A stretch of 62,937 nucleotides of DNA, counting the filler, from Collodictyon triciliatum (Eukaryota), in NCBI GenBank assembly GCA_043381765.1. It is 8 parts of 8 records of this genome, joined end to end, with 100 filler letters (N's around TTAATTAATTAA, not from the genome) between each part and the next. Parts side by side here need not be neighbours in the genome. Positions count along the whole stretch, not along the records: positions 50,511 to 59,624 come from JBHJMP010003152.1; positions 59,725 to 62,937 come from JBHJMP010003174.1; 6 more parts are not named here. The stretch is one strand, 5' to 3'. Below, piece after piece: positions 58,976 through 62,937 of the stretch. Both the position numbers and the translations under genes were made by a program. The notes below the pieces were generated by a model. The model was not told where the DNA came from and ran no database searches. It saw only the letters and a program-made list of their open reading frames with translations. Position 1 is the first letter of the stretch, and every line of letters starts with the position of its first letter.

Positions 58976-59812
58976 GTGAGTCTTGTCAACCAATTATAAT
59001 TTTGCATCAACTCTGCCTACTCGCTTCATTTTAATACCTTTTCGTCCCAGAAAAACTAGTTTGCTGAAAGCTTATACAAATCATGATAACAAATGAAATG
59101 AAATCTAATCCAATTCCATATTTCCCCCCTTCTCTCTTCTTTTTTTCTTTTCTCTCACTCCCTTTCTTTCTTCTCTTCTTCCCGCTCGTGCCTAACTTTC
59201 ATCCTGGGGCAAATGCACCACGGAAACAACGACGATGTCCAGCGCCCATCACAAAGGTTGTATTCAAAGTATGACAGGACAGCAGAAGCCAATCCTGAGT
59301 GCGGACAAAACACCCAGCAAAATAAAGCACAAACCCGTGTGAAAGCCATAGAAACAATGTCTCGTGCAAGCAATGGCGCGTCCCTTCAGCCGCAGTCATA
59401 TCGGCTGATGCCGTGGATATGGCGAAGGACATCCCGTCTCAACGCGCCAGAACGCCGCCGCGACTGTTTTGTGGGTCTCTGCGATGCGTCGTGTTTTGCC
59501 GTGGAAGTGCCAAAAGCTTTCGCCGCCGCCGCACCGCTTCTCTCCGACATAAAAAGTCGCCCCCTCGGCTCTTAAAACTCAGAAGACAGATAGAAAAAAA
59601 CAAAAACAAAAACAAAAAAAAAAANNNNNNNNNNNNNNNNNNNNNNNNNNNNNNNNNNNNNNNNNNNNTTAATTAATTAANNNNNNNNNNNNNNNNNNNN
59701 NNNNNNNNNNNNNNNNNNNNNNNNAAAAAAAAAAAACAAAAAAGTTCCCCCCCCAAAAAAACAAAAAAAAAAAAAAAAAAAAAAATTAATTCCCCCCCCC
59801 CCCCCCCCCCCC

Positions 59813-59857
59813 CCTTTATTCGATTCAAAGTGTAGCGAGGTTATGCCATACAAAGGG
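59813..59857 (-). mobile_element. 45-nt LINE 3'-end fragment, antisense within a PP2A intron
   Basis: The reverse complement CCCTTTGTATGGCATAACCTCGCTACACTTTGAATCGAATAAAGG matches 42822-42866 with one mismatch. Confidence 0.85.
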
Positions 59858-59925
59858 ATATACTGACTCACGTTAATTACCTCTTTATCCTTTTATATAT
59901 CTCGATATTTTTCCAATTTAATTAG

Positions 59926-60956
<1,031 letters not shown>

Positions 60957-62405
60957 AAGAAAAGGGGGATAGGAGTTTTTCAGGGAATAACGTGATGGCA
61001 ACTGAAAACCGGGTATAAGTAACTAGGGTGATGGTTATCCACAAATCATAATGCTACTCCCTTTGCTATCTTCCTATGTAAGCTACCAGAATCGACACAC
61101 AAATAAACATTCACGATATCAGTCGTTAAGTCTCATGGAAATATTTATCGGCCCCATATTTACGTTTTTGAGTTTCTACTTGATGTCTTTCCAATCATTT
61201 ACTGGATTAATCATATCTTTCTCTTATCTGAACTTATACTTATGACAAAGAAGCAAGGGGGGAAAAAAAAGGTTCAAGTCGTAGCAATTACCTCGTGTAA
61301 ACCAAAGGGCGCTAAGAACAAACTTTTTTGGTCCCAAAAGATTTCAGCAATTCTTTGTCATCCTCTTTTAGTCCAGCGTTCTTTCAACCTGTCTATTTCA
61401 GCTGCCTCTCAATTGCTATCATGATAAAGATTCCCTCCTGACCACCATCGATAGCTGTGAAAGGAAGAACGAGGAAAGAGAATAAACTTACACCCAAATC
61501 CCCATCTACACCTCTAGTCCTTGCCCTTGTCCTTGTCCCGTGCAGTATTACCGAGAGCATCGAACGCTGTGTGGCACACACTATAATTCTCGAATCCTTC
61601 ATTTAGTAAACCTCACAAACTTATCGCCACCCCCAAGTTTCCCAACCGCCAAGTCCAGCGCCCTTTGAGGTGCCGAATCGAACCCTAGATGCTCTAGTAA
61701 TGCCCTACACTTTTCCACCCCACAAAGGAGAACAGAGCCGGCGACCTCGATTCGGAACCAGGGCGTCTCGCTGAAAAAAAAATCAACGGCTGTCAGAGGC
61801 CATCTTTATATACAATTGTGGAATATATTCGCCTTCACTTTCAGCCATTTATTTCCTTTACAAAATGATAGAAATGATTGATTATTTCAATGATTATGTA
61901 AGTTGTACAAAATCTAATGATATCCAATCCCAACCAACATCGGCCAGATGCATCCAAGCAGGGAGATGGATCTAATCAAGCGATGTGCAATCGAATCCGC
62001 AATAGGTCTATTCAAAGGAATAACACCCAAAGCGTAAATCCGTGATGGTGCGTGTGCCTGGCGGTTGGCCATCACAACCTCATTGGGCTCTGGCCTTGTT
62101 CCCGAACAAACCGTGAAATCAGCCGGATGAAGAAAATACCGTTTGTGCAAGAAAACCAACAACGACAAATACAAACACCACGAAGCCTCCATTTGCCCTT
62201 CGGCTTGTATGGGTGCGTGTTTCCTCCCTTCTCCCTTATCCCGGTCATTCACGATCACCTGTGTGGGCGAGGTGTTGTTGCTTGGCCTTCCGTTCCTTTA
62301 TTCCCTTATTTCTTTATTTCTTTTTTCATTCATTCATTCATTCATTCATTCATTCTTTCTTTCTTTATTCTTTCTTTCTTCATTCTTTCTTTCTCTTCTT
62401 TCTCT

Positions 62406-62471
<66 letters not shown>

Positions 62472-62937
62472 AAGACATTAGGGGCTTCATTATCCGTGTT
62501 TCTCCTTTCTTTTGCGTTCTTTTGTTTTCTTAATAGCCCTTCCAATTTTCTCGCTTATCCTCCTCTGTTACATGCCATTTGTCTTTTTCATTTTTCATTT
62601 TTCACTTTTTATATTTGATCATTATTATTATTTTTGGTAATTGTGAAATCTTAGAGGGTCTTATCTTTCGCTATCGATTCAATATGGGGTTGGAGGTTGT
62701 TTGTGCAAGGGCAGTAGGCAGAGGCAATGGTTTGATGGAAAGACACATTTTATTATTGAAGACCTCTGCCTCAAAGAATCGTTATCGTTTTCATATAAGC
62801 TCAGAGAAGGGTTTGCTAGAGAAAACACAACAAACTACCTTGAATCGAATTAGGAGGAAGATAGAAAACATCAACAAAAAAACATCAACAAAAAAAAAAA
62901 CATAAAAAAAAATAAAATAAAAAACAAGAAATAAAAA

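Noticed and set aside
61340-62260. GC-richer, exon-like segments downstream of PP2A (e.g. ORF 61914-62258 minus)
   Set aside because: I could not build a consistent spliced frame or recognise a domain on either strand.

Overview
This is intron-rich, microsatellite-rich eukaryotic (protist-like) DNA, not a prokaryotic locus. The window is eight unrelated contigs joined by artificial 100-nt N-TTAATTAATTAA-N linkers, so synteny across linkers means nothing. I assembled gene models by hand from GT-AG exons, so exon boundaries are unverified. Genes found: a degenerate two-domain membrane nucleotide cyclase, a coiled-coil hypothetical, LETM1, an aspartate kinase fused to a decayed homoserine dehydrogenase, a soluble adenylyl cyclase (ADCY10-like), two tandem Golgi-type sulfotransferases, cyclin L, a Lys-rich/chromodomain/WWE protein, an Abi-like polyproline protein, ATP synthase OSCP, CFAP47 and the PP2A catalytic subunit. 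The window also holds a decaying L1/Tx1-like LINE and a LINE 3' end. The most notable signals are: (1) two AT-AC minor-spliceosome (U12) introns; (2) a chromodomain fused directly to a WWE domain; (3) a family of 17-45 nt LINE 3'-tail micro-insertions, three of four with target-site duplications; (4) several probable pseudoenzyme domains.
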